A stretch of 44,329 bases of DNA, taken from a virus. Lineage: Duplodnaviria > Caudoviricetes. Of the stretch, positions 1 to 6,696 are shown in pieces. Within the stretch, counting starts at the first letter, position 1; the number at the start of each line of letters is the position of its first letter. Location: positions 1-44,329 of IMG/VR virus record IMGVR_UViG_3300012267_000007, one strand, 5' to 3'. The position numbers and the translations under genes were made by a program. The notes beneath the pieces were generated by a model. It saw only the letters and a program-made list of their open reading frames with translations. It did no database searches and was not told the DNA's origin.

Positions 1-150
1 CCCCTCAGTTGTATTTTCATACATTTGAATGTGTGTTTTATCTTCTTCTTCCCAATCCGGATAACTATATTCAAACATAGGAATATAATTTCCATTGTTA
101 TTTGTTGGGTGTTCCCAATTTTCGGGCACTCTTCTTACTTCTCTTCCCAT
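1..150 (-). CDS. conserved phage hypothetical protein, runs off window start
   Basis: Manual translation MGREVRRVPENWEHP...PDWEEEDKTHIQMYENTTEG, open to position 1; not in the ORF track. Confidence 0.75.
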   Translation of the reverse strand, partial: MGREVRRVPENWEHPTNNNGNYIPMFEYSYPDWEEEDKTHIQMYENTTEG

Positions 151-178
151 GATTACATATTTATTAAAATTAAATGAT

Positions 179-256
179 TGGTACCCTATCCCAGCGATGC
201 TCTGAGTACTCCACCTTGAAAGGGTGACGAGATAACTAATCGTTCTTCAATAGGGC
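179..256 (-). tRNA. tRNA-Glu(TTC), encoded CCA, atypical T-loop AGCATCG
   Basis: Acceptor GCCCTAT/ATAGGGT, anticodon arm TCACC-CTTTCAA-GGTGG, T-stem CTCAG/CTGGG. Confidence 0.85.
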
Positions 257-366
257 ATTAAAAACCGGAGTTGTTGATGTGCAACAAACACTCTCCGGTT
301 ACCATTGCTGTAGTCACTTTTTCTATATCACAACAATATAGAACGAATTTTCAGTTGGATTTCTCG

Positions 367-440
367 AAGCGATGATCGGATTTGAACCGACGAATAATGG
401 TTTTGCAGACCACCCCCTTGAGCCACTTGGGTACATCGCT
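367..440 (-). tRNA. tRNA-Cys(GCA)
   Basis: Acceptor AGCGATG/CATCGCT, U73, anticodon arm GTGGT-CTGCAAA-ACCAT, GGTTCAAATCC. Confidence 0.95.
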
Positions 441-483
441 GTATTATTATAATTTGCAATTCGCAAATCACGAATTATTATTG

Positions 484-573
484 CTGTTCCGGTAGGACTC
501 GAACCTACATACCGTTCTGGACGGAATACGAAACGGTAACAGCGTTTTCTCTTCCCAATTAGAGTACGGAACA
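484..573 (-). tRNA. tRNA-Asn(GTT) with long variable region
   Basis: Acceptor TGTTCCG/CGGAACA, G73, AAACG-CTGTTAC-CGTTT, 22-nt variable region with a CCGT/ACGG hairpin. Confidence 0.85.
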
Positions 574-581
574 AATTAGTG

Positions 582-654
582 TGCGGGTAGTGGGGATCGA
601 ACCCACAACTTTCAGCTTGGAAGGCTAACACTCTGCCAATTGAGTTACACCCGC
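582..654 (-). tRNA. tRNA-Gly(TCC)
   Basis: Canonical cloverleaf, TTAGC-CTTCCAA-GCTGA. Confidence 0.95.
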
Positions 655-759
655 ATGTATCACATATATTGATATAATTAGGTATGTTGCACTATTTGTG
701 ATACATTATACCTGTATATGTGTTATTTATAAAATACGTCAACGAATAATTCAATTAAG

Positions 760-825
760 TGCCACAGATGGGATTCGAACCCATACCTTTTATCTATATC
801 AAATAAACGTTCTCAGTTACTAAAT
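760..825 (-). pseudogene. degenerate tRNA (intact T-arm and 3' acceptor strand, GAT-containing loop, no matching 5' acceptor strand)
   Basis: ATGGG-TTCGAAT-CCCAT-CTGTGGC-A; the upstream sequence does not pair with CTGTGGC. Confidence 0.55.
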
Positions 826-964
826 AATAAGAATACTTAATGTTTATGATCACTCAACACTTTTCTTCCTGTTACCATAGGGTTAGCTATTACCTACGCA
901 ACTATTACTGTTCACCTCGCCAGTTATTACTACCGGAACTTATTATATTATTAAAGAACTTTTT

Positions 965-995
965 AAATATACAATCAATTTTTATCAATGTCAAA
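965..995 (-). promoter_or_regulatory. promoter-like motif inside tRNA array 1
   Basis: TTGACA-N17-TATATT, also readable as Bacteroidota-type TTTG-N20-TATATTTA; followed by boxA-like AGTTCTTTAA. Confidence 0.4.
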
Positions 996-1004
996 TATAT
1001 TTTG

Positions 1005-1081
1005 TAGACACGGAAGGAATTGAACCTACATGTAACCGATTATCCTTTCTACTACATATCAGGCAGAGGGAATACGTGTCC
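1005..1081 (-). ncRNA. non-canonical tRNA-Ile(GAT)-like RNA lacking a D-arm at the normal position
   Basis: Acceptor GGACACG/CGTGTCT-A73, CTGC-CTGATAT-GTAG arm only about 8 nt after the acceptor, long variable region, GTAGG-TTCAATT-CCTTC T-arm. Confidence 0.65.
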
Positions 1082-1182
1082 ATTTTATTTTATATCATAA
1101 GCACCTCAATGTTTATTTGCATTTATAGCAATTGATATTGTGTATGAATACATAATACAACATCTATTTTTAATATGCAAAT

Positions 1183-1219
1183 AAAAAAAGGTTTGAACCC
1201 TTCCGAATTCAAACCTTTT
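1183..1219 (-). terminator. intrinsic terminator (attenuator 1)
   Basis: AAAAGGTTTGAATTC-GGAA-GGGTTCAAACC followed by T7. Confidence 0.85.
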
Positions 1220-1234
1220 ATGATAGTGTTATAA

Positions 1235-1244
1235 TGAATTCGGA
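1235..1244 (-). promoter_or_regulatory. antiterminator strand of attenuator 1
   Basis: TCCGAATTCA immediately after the leader stop is the exact complement of TGAATTCGGA in the terminator 5' arm and loop. Confidence 0.7.
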
Positions 1245-1331
1245 TTACATATTGAGCGTATTTTTACCATTCCCAATCTCAAAAGATTCGGTCACGCCAC
1301 AATTCGTAATTTCTATAATTCTTGAACTCAT
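1245..1331 (-). CDS. leader peptide 1 (28 aa) MSSRIIEITNCGVTESFEIGNGKNTLNM
   Basis: ATG..TAA ORF directly upstream of antiterminator, terminator and tRNA array 1; rich in Ile, Glu, Asn and Gly, with one Cys. Confidence 0.7.
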   Translation of the reverse strand: MSSRIIEITNCGVTESFEIGNGKNTLNM

Positions 1332-1375
1332 TATTTCTTATATTGTTTGCTTATACCATTAAATATGACATAAAA

Positions 1376-1486
1376 TTATTTTTTATCAGATTTTTTATCT
1401 TTTTTTCCAAATATTTTATCCATCTTCTTATCAAACTCCTTTTTGGATATTGATAATGGTCTGGGTTTACTTCCTTTTCCGTTCAT
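1376..1486 (-). CDS. small basic protein MNGKGSKPRPLSISKKEFDKKMDKIFGKK
   Basis: Internal ATG 2 nt after the upstream stop; GKGSKPRP..IF-type small phage peptide. Confidence 0.65.
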   Translation of the reverse strand: MNGKGSKPRPLSISKKEFDKKMDKIFGKKDKKSDKK

Positions 1487-1488
1487 AT

Positions 1489-1770
1489 CTATCCCAATAA
1501 AATGAATAATAATAGGGTAGTAGTGGAATATAACATGGGATAAATCAATCCATGCCAATCCATAAAACCCAATTTTTCAAGATCTCTAATCTCTCTGCCA
1601 ATATAAAACCCCATACCTAATCCGTATCCGGCAAGTAATCCATCAAACGGAAATGGTAATGATATAAGTATCACCACTAACATAATAGCTACTGATACAA
1701 TACCATGCCAGTGATAATAAGCTATTGGAAATTTAGATTTATAATCATTAAGTTTATCGAAGAACTTCAT
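1489..1770 (-). CDS. membrane protein
   Basis: 93 aa, three hydrophobic segments, tightly packed in the operon. Confidence 0.7.
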   Translation of the reverse strand: MKFFDKLNDYKSKFPIAYYHWHGIVSVAIMLVVILISLPFPFDGLLAGYGLGMGFYIGREIRDLEKLGFMDWHGLIYPMLYSTTTLLLFILLG

Positions 1771-1771
1771 A

Positions 1772-2113
1772 TTAATTTATTTTATTTATTAAGTATGTAA
1801 ATCTATATGATAATATAATTGAAATGGTTTGAACAATAAATATTGCCCATGCTCCAACTCCACCATATACAGATATAACTATAATGGAATACACTATTTT
1901 CCACCATGTAATTCTAATTCCACCCGAATCTTTAAATGTATATGGGTTATTGTTATACATTATCAATCCACCAACTATCATTAATAACATTATTGAAACA
2001 AAAATCAATCCGGCAGTTTGTACCCATTCAATATTTTCAATAAATCCAAAATAAACAATTATAAAATTGAGTATAAAAGATGATACGTATGATTTAATTT
2101 CTTTAGTAGTCAT
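1772..2113 (-). CDS. membrane protein
   Basis: 113 aa, about 4 TM segments. Confidence 0.7.
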   Translation of the reverse strand: MTTKEIKSYVSSFILNFIIVYFGFIENIEWVQTAGLIFVSIMLLMIVGGLIMYNNNPYTFKDSGGIRITWWKIVYSIIVISVYGGVGAWAIFIVQTISIILSYRFTYLINKIN

Positions 2114-2115
2114 AT

Positions 2116-2490
2116 TTATTTATATTTATTTATTAAATTAAATATAGTAGAATTTATTACCGTCACACCTAACATTAAATTGGCTACCATCCAAGCACCA
2201 CAAAACGCAAACGCCAATATCATCAGTACATCGATAAATCATTTAATATTAAATGATTTATCGAATATTTGATCTAATAAATCTTTTAAATCTTTGGATT
2301 CATGTTGCGATAATATATTATAATCAAATTTATAATATCCCATAACTATTAAAGAAAATATCGAAGACAAAAATAAAAGACTATAATACACGATGCCACT
2401 ATAATACAACCAATTTATATCGTTGATATATCCTACTATCACAGATACCGTAAATATTATTTCAATAATATTATTTATATATTTTTTCAT
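2116..2490 (-). CDS. membrane protein, paralog of 1772-2113; TGA(2239-2241)=Trp
   Basis: Readthrough adds WFIDVLMILAFAFCGAWMVA...LINKYK, matching GAW...LINKIN of the neighbour, and fills the gap to the next ATG. Confidence 0.7.
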
Positions 2491-2494
2491 ATTT

Positions 2495-2704
2495 CTAAAA
2501 TAAAAGGGTTGATGATATTATAAATGCTCCAACCAAACATATAATGCGTGAAACATTATACCAGAGAGTCATATTTTCTATATGGTCAGTGTATGATCTT
2601 AACGCTTCCAATATCGAAAAGAATACTACATATAATACAGCATAAAAGAATCCGGTAAGGACTATTATTGCTATAAAATTTTCTACAAACTGTGATCCAT
2701 CCAT
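2495..2704 (-). CDS. small membrane protein
   Basis: 69 aa, two TM segments. Confidence 0.6.
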   Translation of the reverse strand: MDGSQFVENFIAIIVLTGFFYAVLYVVFFSILEALRSYTDHIENMTLWYNVSRIICLVGAFIISSTLLF

Positions 2705-3001
2705 TTATTTATCCATTAATTTTAAAGTATTTTCTGTTTGTACACCCATCATCCTATCAATTTCTTTTCCATTTTCATCAATAAGAATGGTTGTGGGTAT
2801 TGACCGGACACCGAATTGAATAGCTAATTGTCTATTCTCTTCAATATCTACGTCATAAAAATTATATTCATTATTATTTTCTGCAAATTTCTCAAAGTTT
2901 TTTGCATAGACTTTACACGGTTGGCACCAGTTAGCCGAAAATTTGATGAAAGACTTCTTTGAACCAGTCGGCAATTGATCTTTTATTACTTCTGTTATCA
3001 T
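2705..3001 (-). CDS. trxA: thioredoxin
   Basis: FSANWCQPCK active site, GVRSIPT cis-Pro motif. Confidence 0.9.
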   Translation of the reverse strand: MITEVIKDQLPTGSKKSFIKFSANWCQPCKVYAKNFEKFAENNNEYNFYDVDIEENRQLAIQFGVRSIPTTILIDENGKEIDRMMGVQTENTLKLMDK

Positions 3002-3551
3002 TATTATTAGTTATTTTATTTATAATTTCGTTTAGTTTATATACATATATCTTTTCAACATTTTGTGAACGAAGATTTGTAATATATGTATCAACTTCTG
3101 AATTTTCTACAAATTTTGTTATTGAGTCAGCAATGACAATAGTAACATTTTCCAAATCCACATCATTATCCGTTACCACTTTCTCTTCTTCCCACTTAAA
3201 ATCCAATAAATCAATCTCTTCACCGGAATAAGAATCATGATATATTAATGAAGCTAACGAATTATCAAATTTTTGATTAGTGACATCATCTTTATCTTCA
3301 ACTTCAACATAAGATAAAGATTTATTTTCTAAACCTTTAATTAAACCAATATCAAAATAAATCCTTCTACCTTTCTTTACTACTGCATGGCGTAATTCAA
3401 CACCACAGCATTCATAACCTTGATGAACGGATTGGTATACATTTTTATCCGTTGTATCCAATAATGCCGCCACTTCCTTAACAGTTTTTAAATCACGATT
3501 AGCTTCCAGATTATTCTTTTTATATCCAATTTCTATTACATCATTGTCCAT
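2931..3551 (-). CDS. hypothetical protein
   Basis: 206 aa ORF in operon. Confidence 0.65.
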   Translation of the reverse strand: MDNDVIEIGYKKNNLEANRDLKTVKEVAALLDTTDKNVYQSVHQGYECCGVELRHAVVKKGRRIYFDIGLIKGLENKSLSYVEVEDKDDVTNQKFDNSLASLIYHDSYSGEEIDLLDFKWEEEKVVTDNDVDLENVTIVIADSITKFVENSEVDTYITNLRSQNVEKIYVYKLNEIINKITNNNDNRSNKRSIADWFKEVFHQIFG

Positions 3552-3932
3552 TTATTGACCTTTAATTTTTTTAATAACTTCTGTTAATTTGAATTCATCC
3601 TCTTCTTCGCCCTTAATAATTGAAAAAGCACGTAATAAAATGATCTCCGTCATATCAATGCGACTTGTAATACCTTTAGATTCAAAAAAAAGTATTATTT
3701 CTTCATCATCAGACCATAAATTCCACGCATTTCGAATTTCAGATCCCAAATTGGAGTATGCAGCCGGATCTGTTTGATCAGATCTTATTTTTACTTTATC
3801 GTCTTTAGAGAAAAAACAAGCTAATACTTCACTGGCTTGTTCTAAATTTTTTGGTATAAGATTAATATTTAACCATTCCGGATCTCTATTTTCATTTCCT
3901 TCATCATCATACATATCTATCATATCTATCAT
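3552..3932 (-). CDS. conserved hypothetical protein (DUF6794-like)
   Basis: IPKNLE...IRNAWNLW...FFESKGI...DM..IIL pattern, recognised from memory. Confidence 0.5.
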   Translation of the reverse strand: MIDMIDMYDDEGNENRDPEWLNINLIPKNLEQASEVLACFFSKDDKVKIRSDQTDPAAYSNLGSEIRNAWNLWSDDEEIILFFESKGITSRIDMTEIILLRAFSIIKGEEEDEFKLTEVIKKIKGQ

Positions 3933-3934
3933 AA

Positions 3935-4333
3935 CTAATCTCTTATTTGAATTCCGTTTTGTTTTCTATATTTCAATTCTTCTTGAAATGTTTCACGGTA
4001 ATGTACGGGTATTCTTGGAATTTCCAAAACATTTTTTATATGATCATCGCTCATTTCAGCAATAGATTTCCATTGTAACGGCTTATCTCCATCTTTCCCA
4101 CGTGTGCCCCAACACATCACTCTACGACGTTCTAAATGGTCAACATCCTCGTAATATACGTCTTTAACAATCTCATCACCATGAGCAGATCTTCTGATGT
4201 ATTCGTTGCCACCATCAACCATATATTCTTTACCATTAGCATCTTTGTATAGAACAAAATCATGCCCGTGATATGATCTCAAAAAAGTACCATCTGGTGT
4301 AATAATGGCGTTTTGTATTAGTTTTTTATTCAT
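3935..4333 (-). CDS. conserved phage hypothetical protein
   Basis: NAIITPDGT.L.S.H.HD..VDGG..YIRR and WGTRGKDG motifs; ATG start at MNKKLIQ. Confidence 0.75.
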   Translation of the reverse strand: MNKKLIQNAIITPDGTFLRSYHGHDFVLYKDANGKEYMVDGGNEYIRRSAHGDEIVKDVYYEDVDHLERRRVMCWGTRGKDGDKPLQWKSIAEMSDDHIKNVLEIPRIPVHYRETFQEELKYRKQNGIQIRD

Positions 4334-4334
4334 A

Positions 4335-4799
4335 TTATTTGTCCCCATACATATTAGTTCTCATTTCATCGATCATTTCATCGACCATTTCATCTATAAA
4401 TTTATCTCCTACAAAAAAATATTTAATTTCAAATACAACATTATACCACCAAAATTTAATATCTAATAATATTTTATCAATTTTATTTTTCAGTGTTGGA
4501 GCATCTTCATCTTTTAATGGAATATATAAAGAATATAATAAATATTCATCATAATCATCATCACATATATCTTTAATATAATCTATACGTTGAGCAATAA
4601 AATATTCCCTTCCCCAATAATCATCTTCTGTTACTGATGCCACTGAACCTTTAAACCATTCATATGCTTCAGTAGCTTCTTCTTCAGTTTCAAAAAGCCA
4701 ACACGACTCACACCATGAATGTGCATAACCAACCGGAGAAAATCCAGCAATAACTAATTCTTTATGACCTTGTTCAATTGATTTAAATACTCTATTCAT
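4335..4799 (-). CDS. hypothetical protein
   Basis: 154 aa ORF in operon. Confidence 0.65.
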   Translation of the reverse strand: MNRVFKSIEQGHKELVIAGFSPVGYAHSWCESCWLFETEEEATEAYEWFKGSVASVTEDDYWGREYFIAQRIDYIKDICDDDYDEYLLYSLYIPLKDEDAPTLKNKIDKILLDIKFWWYNVVFEIKYFFVGDKFIDEMVDEMIDEMRTNMYGDK

Positions 4800-5121
4800 A
4801 GAAATCTTGTGTTATAAAGTTACCTTCTTCATCAAAATCGACACTGGATTCAAAACCATAATATCCACCAAACTGATCATCATCAGCCGATAATAGAATT
4901 TGAAATATGTTTCTGGATTCTGATACGTTTGGAGAACTAAACCTTCTTACAGTTTTTTGTTCAACCACCAATTCGATACCAAACAATTTATACAATTCTA
5001 CAAACTTTTCCAAATCTGTTTTTGCTGTATGATTGCACGTATCCAGTATATCGTGATAATTAACGATTGATTTCAACTTGATCAATTCAGACATACTGAA
5101 ATCGTATGATCCTTTAACCAT
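4792..5121 (-). CDS. hypothetical protein (5' end possibly frameshifted from the ATG at 5198)
   Basis: 109 aa ORF; GGYYGF..FDEEGNF C-terminus. Confidence 0.55.
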   Translation of the reverse strand: MVKGSYDFSMSELIKLKSIVNYHDILDTCNHTAKTDLEKFVELYKLFGIELVVEQKTVRRFSSPNVSESRNIFQILLSADDDQFGGYYGFESSVDFDEEGNFITQDFYE

Positions 5122-5212
5122 TTTTTTAATGCGTTCATTACAATAATTGTTAAGTTGTGAACTACTTAACGCATATCGTATTCATTGTATAGATTCATAT
5201 TATTTTAATTAT

Positions 5213-5428
5213 TTAATCGTTACTTAAAGTCACAGATCCGGAAAACAATTCAAATTCATCCTCAGACCAATAAATTGTATGATATCCAATAGGATAATAT
5301 TCAGTTTCATTTAAAATTGACCCCCCCCCTCCGATATTAAAAAATACCACAAATCCTTTTGGGTGTTTACCAATATATGGATATTGACGTACATCCGGCT
5401 CTGAGTGTTCTTTTACTTCAAACTTCAT
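5213..5428 (-). CDS. small phage hypothetical protein
   Basis: 71 aa, ends W.E..FE.F.GSVTLSND. Confidence 0.7.
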   Translation of the reverse strand: MKFEVKEHSEPDVRQYPYIGKHPKGFVVFFNIGGGGSILNETEYYPIGYHTIYWSEDEFELFSGSVTLSND

Positions 5429-5453
5429 AATATTTAGTATTTAGTATTTATTC

Positions 5454-5660
5454 TTAAATTCCGTAATCTTTAATATAATATGAAATTTTAGACTGATAAT
5501 CTAATTGAATTTCTTCGTCTATAATTTCTTCTTTTTCTTGATATGTAAGTTCATCCCACTCTTGATCACTCATATAATCTCGTGTATTAATAATGGTTTG
5601 TTATGGTCTACTTTTTCCAGCATACCCATCTTCTACTTCCCAGTTGGTTTTAATTAACAT
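5454..5660 (-). pseudogene. small phage protein gene with in-frame TAA at 5601-5603
   Basis: MLIKTNWEVEDGYAGKSRP*QTIINTRDYMSDQEWDEL...IKDYGI; the frame stays open after the TAA. Confidence 0.6.
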
Positions 5661-5728
5661 AATTCTTTAAATTGGTTATAAATTCGTTTCACTAAATATA
5701 AATATAAATAGTGAATAATACAAAAAAA

Positions 5729-5810
5729 AGTGTAGACGTTCTGCCAATTAAACTAATATCATACCTTGTATCGGTATCTATATGGGATTCGAACCCATGC
5801 CTTCTACTCT
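5729..5810 (-). ncRNA. circularly permuted tRNA-like RNA (YrlA/Y-RNA-like topology)
   Basis: 5'->3': GTAGA, T-arm ATGGG-TTCGAAT-CCCAT, closed acceptor-like stem ATACC-GATACAA-GGTAT, D-arm TAGTTTAATTGGCAGAAC, TCTAC, then a T run. Confidence 0.7.
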
Positions 5811-5886
5811 GGGTGAATGATGGGGATCGAACCCACAGCCTTCAGGGTCACGACCTGACGATATATCCAATTGAGCTATATACTCC
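5811..5886 (-). pseudogene. degenerate tRNA-His(GTG)
   Basis: Intact anticodon arm TCAGG-TCGTGAC-CCTGA and T-arm; acceptor and D stems mispaired. Confidence 0.6.
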
Positions 5887-5896
5887 ATATATTAAA

Positions 5897-5970
5897 TGGG
5901 GTGAGAATGGGGATTCAAACCCCAACCAACAGGGACACAACCTGCCGTGCTATCATTACACCATTCTCAC
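5897..5970 (-). tRNA. tRNA-His(GTG), encoded CCA
   Basis: GTGAGAA/TTCTCAC, C73, GCAGG-TTGTGTC-CCTGT; no encoded G-1. Confidence 0.9.
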
Positions 5971-5975
5971 GTGTG

Positions 5976-6068
5976 CGGAAGGGGTGGGATTCGAACCCGA
6001 CACGTCTTTTACAACAAACAACGTTCAAAATTGTCTCCGCTACCCAGAATCTTTCGGATAACCCTTCC
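5976..6068 (-). tRNA. tRNA-Ser(TGA anticodon)
   Basis: GGAAGGG/CCCTTCC, G73, ACAAT-TTTGAAC-GTTGT, long variable region, enlarged D-loop, bulged T-stem. Confidence 0.8.
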
Positions 6069-6144
6069 ATATTCTCCCAATTTAAATTTAGAGGTTAACA
6101 TAAATTTAAGTTTTAAATGCTTTTCGGTATAGGGAGTAGTTTTG

Positions 6145-6217
6145 TACCCACGTGAGAATTCGAATCCCAATTTCTTAGTTCGTAGCCAAGTGTTCTGTCC
6201 GGTTGAACTACGTGGGC
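6145..6217 (-). tRNA. tRNA-Arg(ACG)
   Basis: GCCCACG/CGTGGGT, CTTGG-CTACGAA-CTAAG. Confidence 0.9.
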
Positions 6218-6233
6218 ATTATTTAATTTATTG

Positions 6234-6319
6234 TTGCCCCATTAGGATTCGAACCTAAAATGGAATAGTATTCCTCTGGATTCAAAGTCCAGTGACTTTG
6301 CCAATTCGTCTACAGGGCA
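6234..6319 (-). tRNA. tRNA-Gln(TTG) with long variable arm
   Basis: U1-A72 acceptor TGCCCTG/TGGGGCA, CTGGA-CTTTGAA-TCCAG, extra arm GGAAT-ACT-ATTCC. Confidence 0.85.
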
Positions 6320-6333
6320 TTATATTATTTATG

Positions 6334-6408
6334 TACTCAGAGTGGGATTCCAACCCACAGGCATCATATTCTAAGTATGATAGGTATAGCTATTCCCTTC
6401 ATCTGAGC
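6334..6408 (-). tRNA. tRNA-Leu(TAG) with short variable loop
   Basis: GCTCAGA/TCTGAGT, A73, TCATA-CTTAGAA-TATGA, T-loop TTGGAAT. Confidence 0.85.
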
Positions 6409-6441
6409 GTTATTTATAACTTAAATAATAACAGTTATTTA

Positions 6442-6519
6442 TGGTCAAGAGTACAGGCTTCGCTCCTGTGATCTCCTACGTCCAAGGTAGGCGGGATGGC
6501 TGGACTTCCCCAACTCTTG
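6442..6519 (-). tRNA. tRNA-Pro(TGG), encoded CCA, atypical T-loop AGCGAAG
   Basis: CAAGAGT/ACTCTTG, CCTAC-CTTGGAC-GTAGG. Confidence 0.9.
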
Positions 6520-6532
6520 TTATATTTTATTG

Positions 6533-6606
6533 TACGCTTAGAGGGATTCAAACCCCCAACCCTACGGATAGAAGCCGTATGCTCTGTTCAGTTGAGCTAT
6601 AAGCGC
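6533..6606 (-). tRNA. tRNA-Arg(TCT)
   Basis: GCGCTTA/TAAGCGT, TACGG-CTTCTAT-CCGTA. Confidence 0.93.
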
Positions 6607-6619
6607 ATATATTATTTAG

Positions 6620-6694
6620 TATCCATGGTGGGATTCCAACCCACAACACTCAGGATTTAAATCTGATACCTCTTAGCTATTGGGTTACATGGAC
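6620..6694 (-). tRNA. tRNA-Leu(TAA) with short variable loop
   Basis: GTCCATG/CATGGAT, A73, TCAGA-TTTAAAT-CCTGA, T-loop TTGGAAT. Confidence 0.85.
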
Positions 6695-6696
6695 AT

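Noticed and set aside
179-256. Possible UGA-suppressor tRNA (loop region contains TTCAA)
   Set aside because: The stem TCACC/GGTGG sets a 7-nt loop CTTTCAA with anticodon TTC (Glu); shifting to TCA breaks the stem.
323-631. Track ORF of 102 aa, and likewise 5711-6132 and 7019-7225
   Set aside because: These overlap tRNA genes or are antisense to them and to the HNH gene; spurious.
5803-5815. CCA-GA before the permuted RNA read as a split tRNA-Trp anticodon
   Set aside because: These bases are the 3' end of the degenerate His tRNA and no splice motif is evident; too speculative.
5976-6068. tRNA with TGA anticodon taken as a stop suppressor
   Set aside because: Anticodon TGA reads TCA/TCG (Ser); a suppressor needs anticodon TCA.
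6069-6144. Theta/HDV-like ribozyme downstream of tRNAs
   Set aside because: Only a CTCCC/GGGAG pairing is present; I could not build the nested pseudoknot here or after the other tRNAs by eye.
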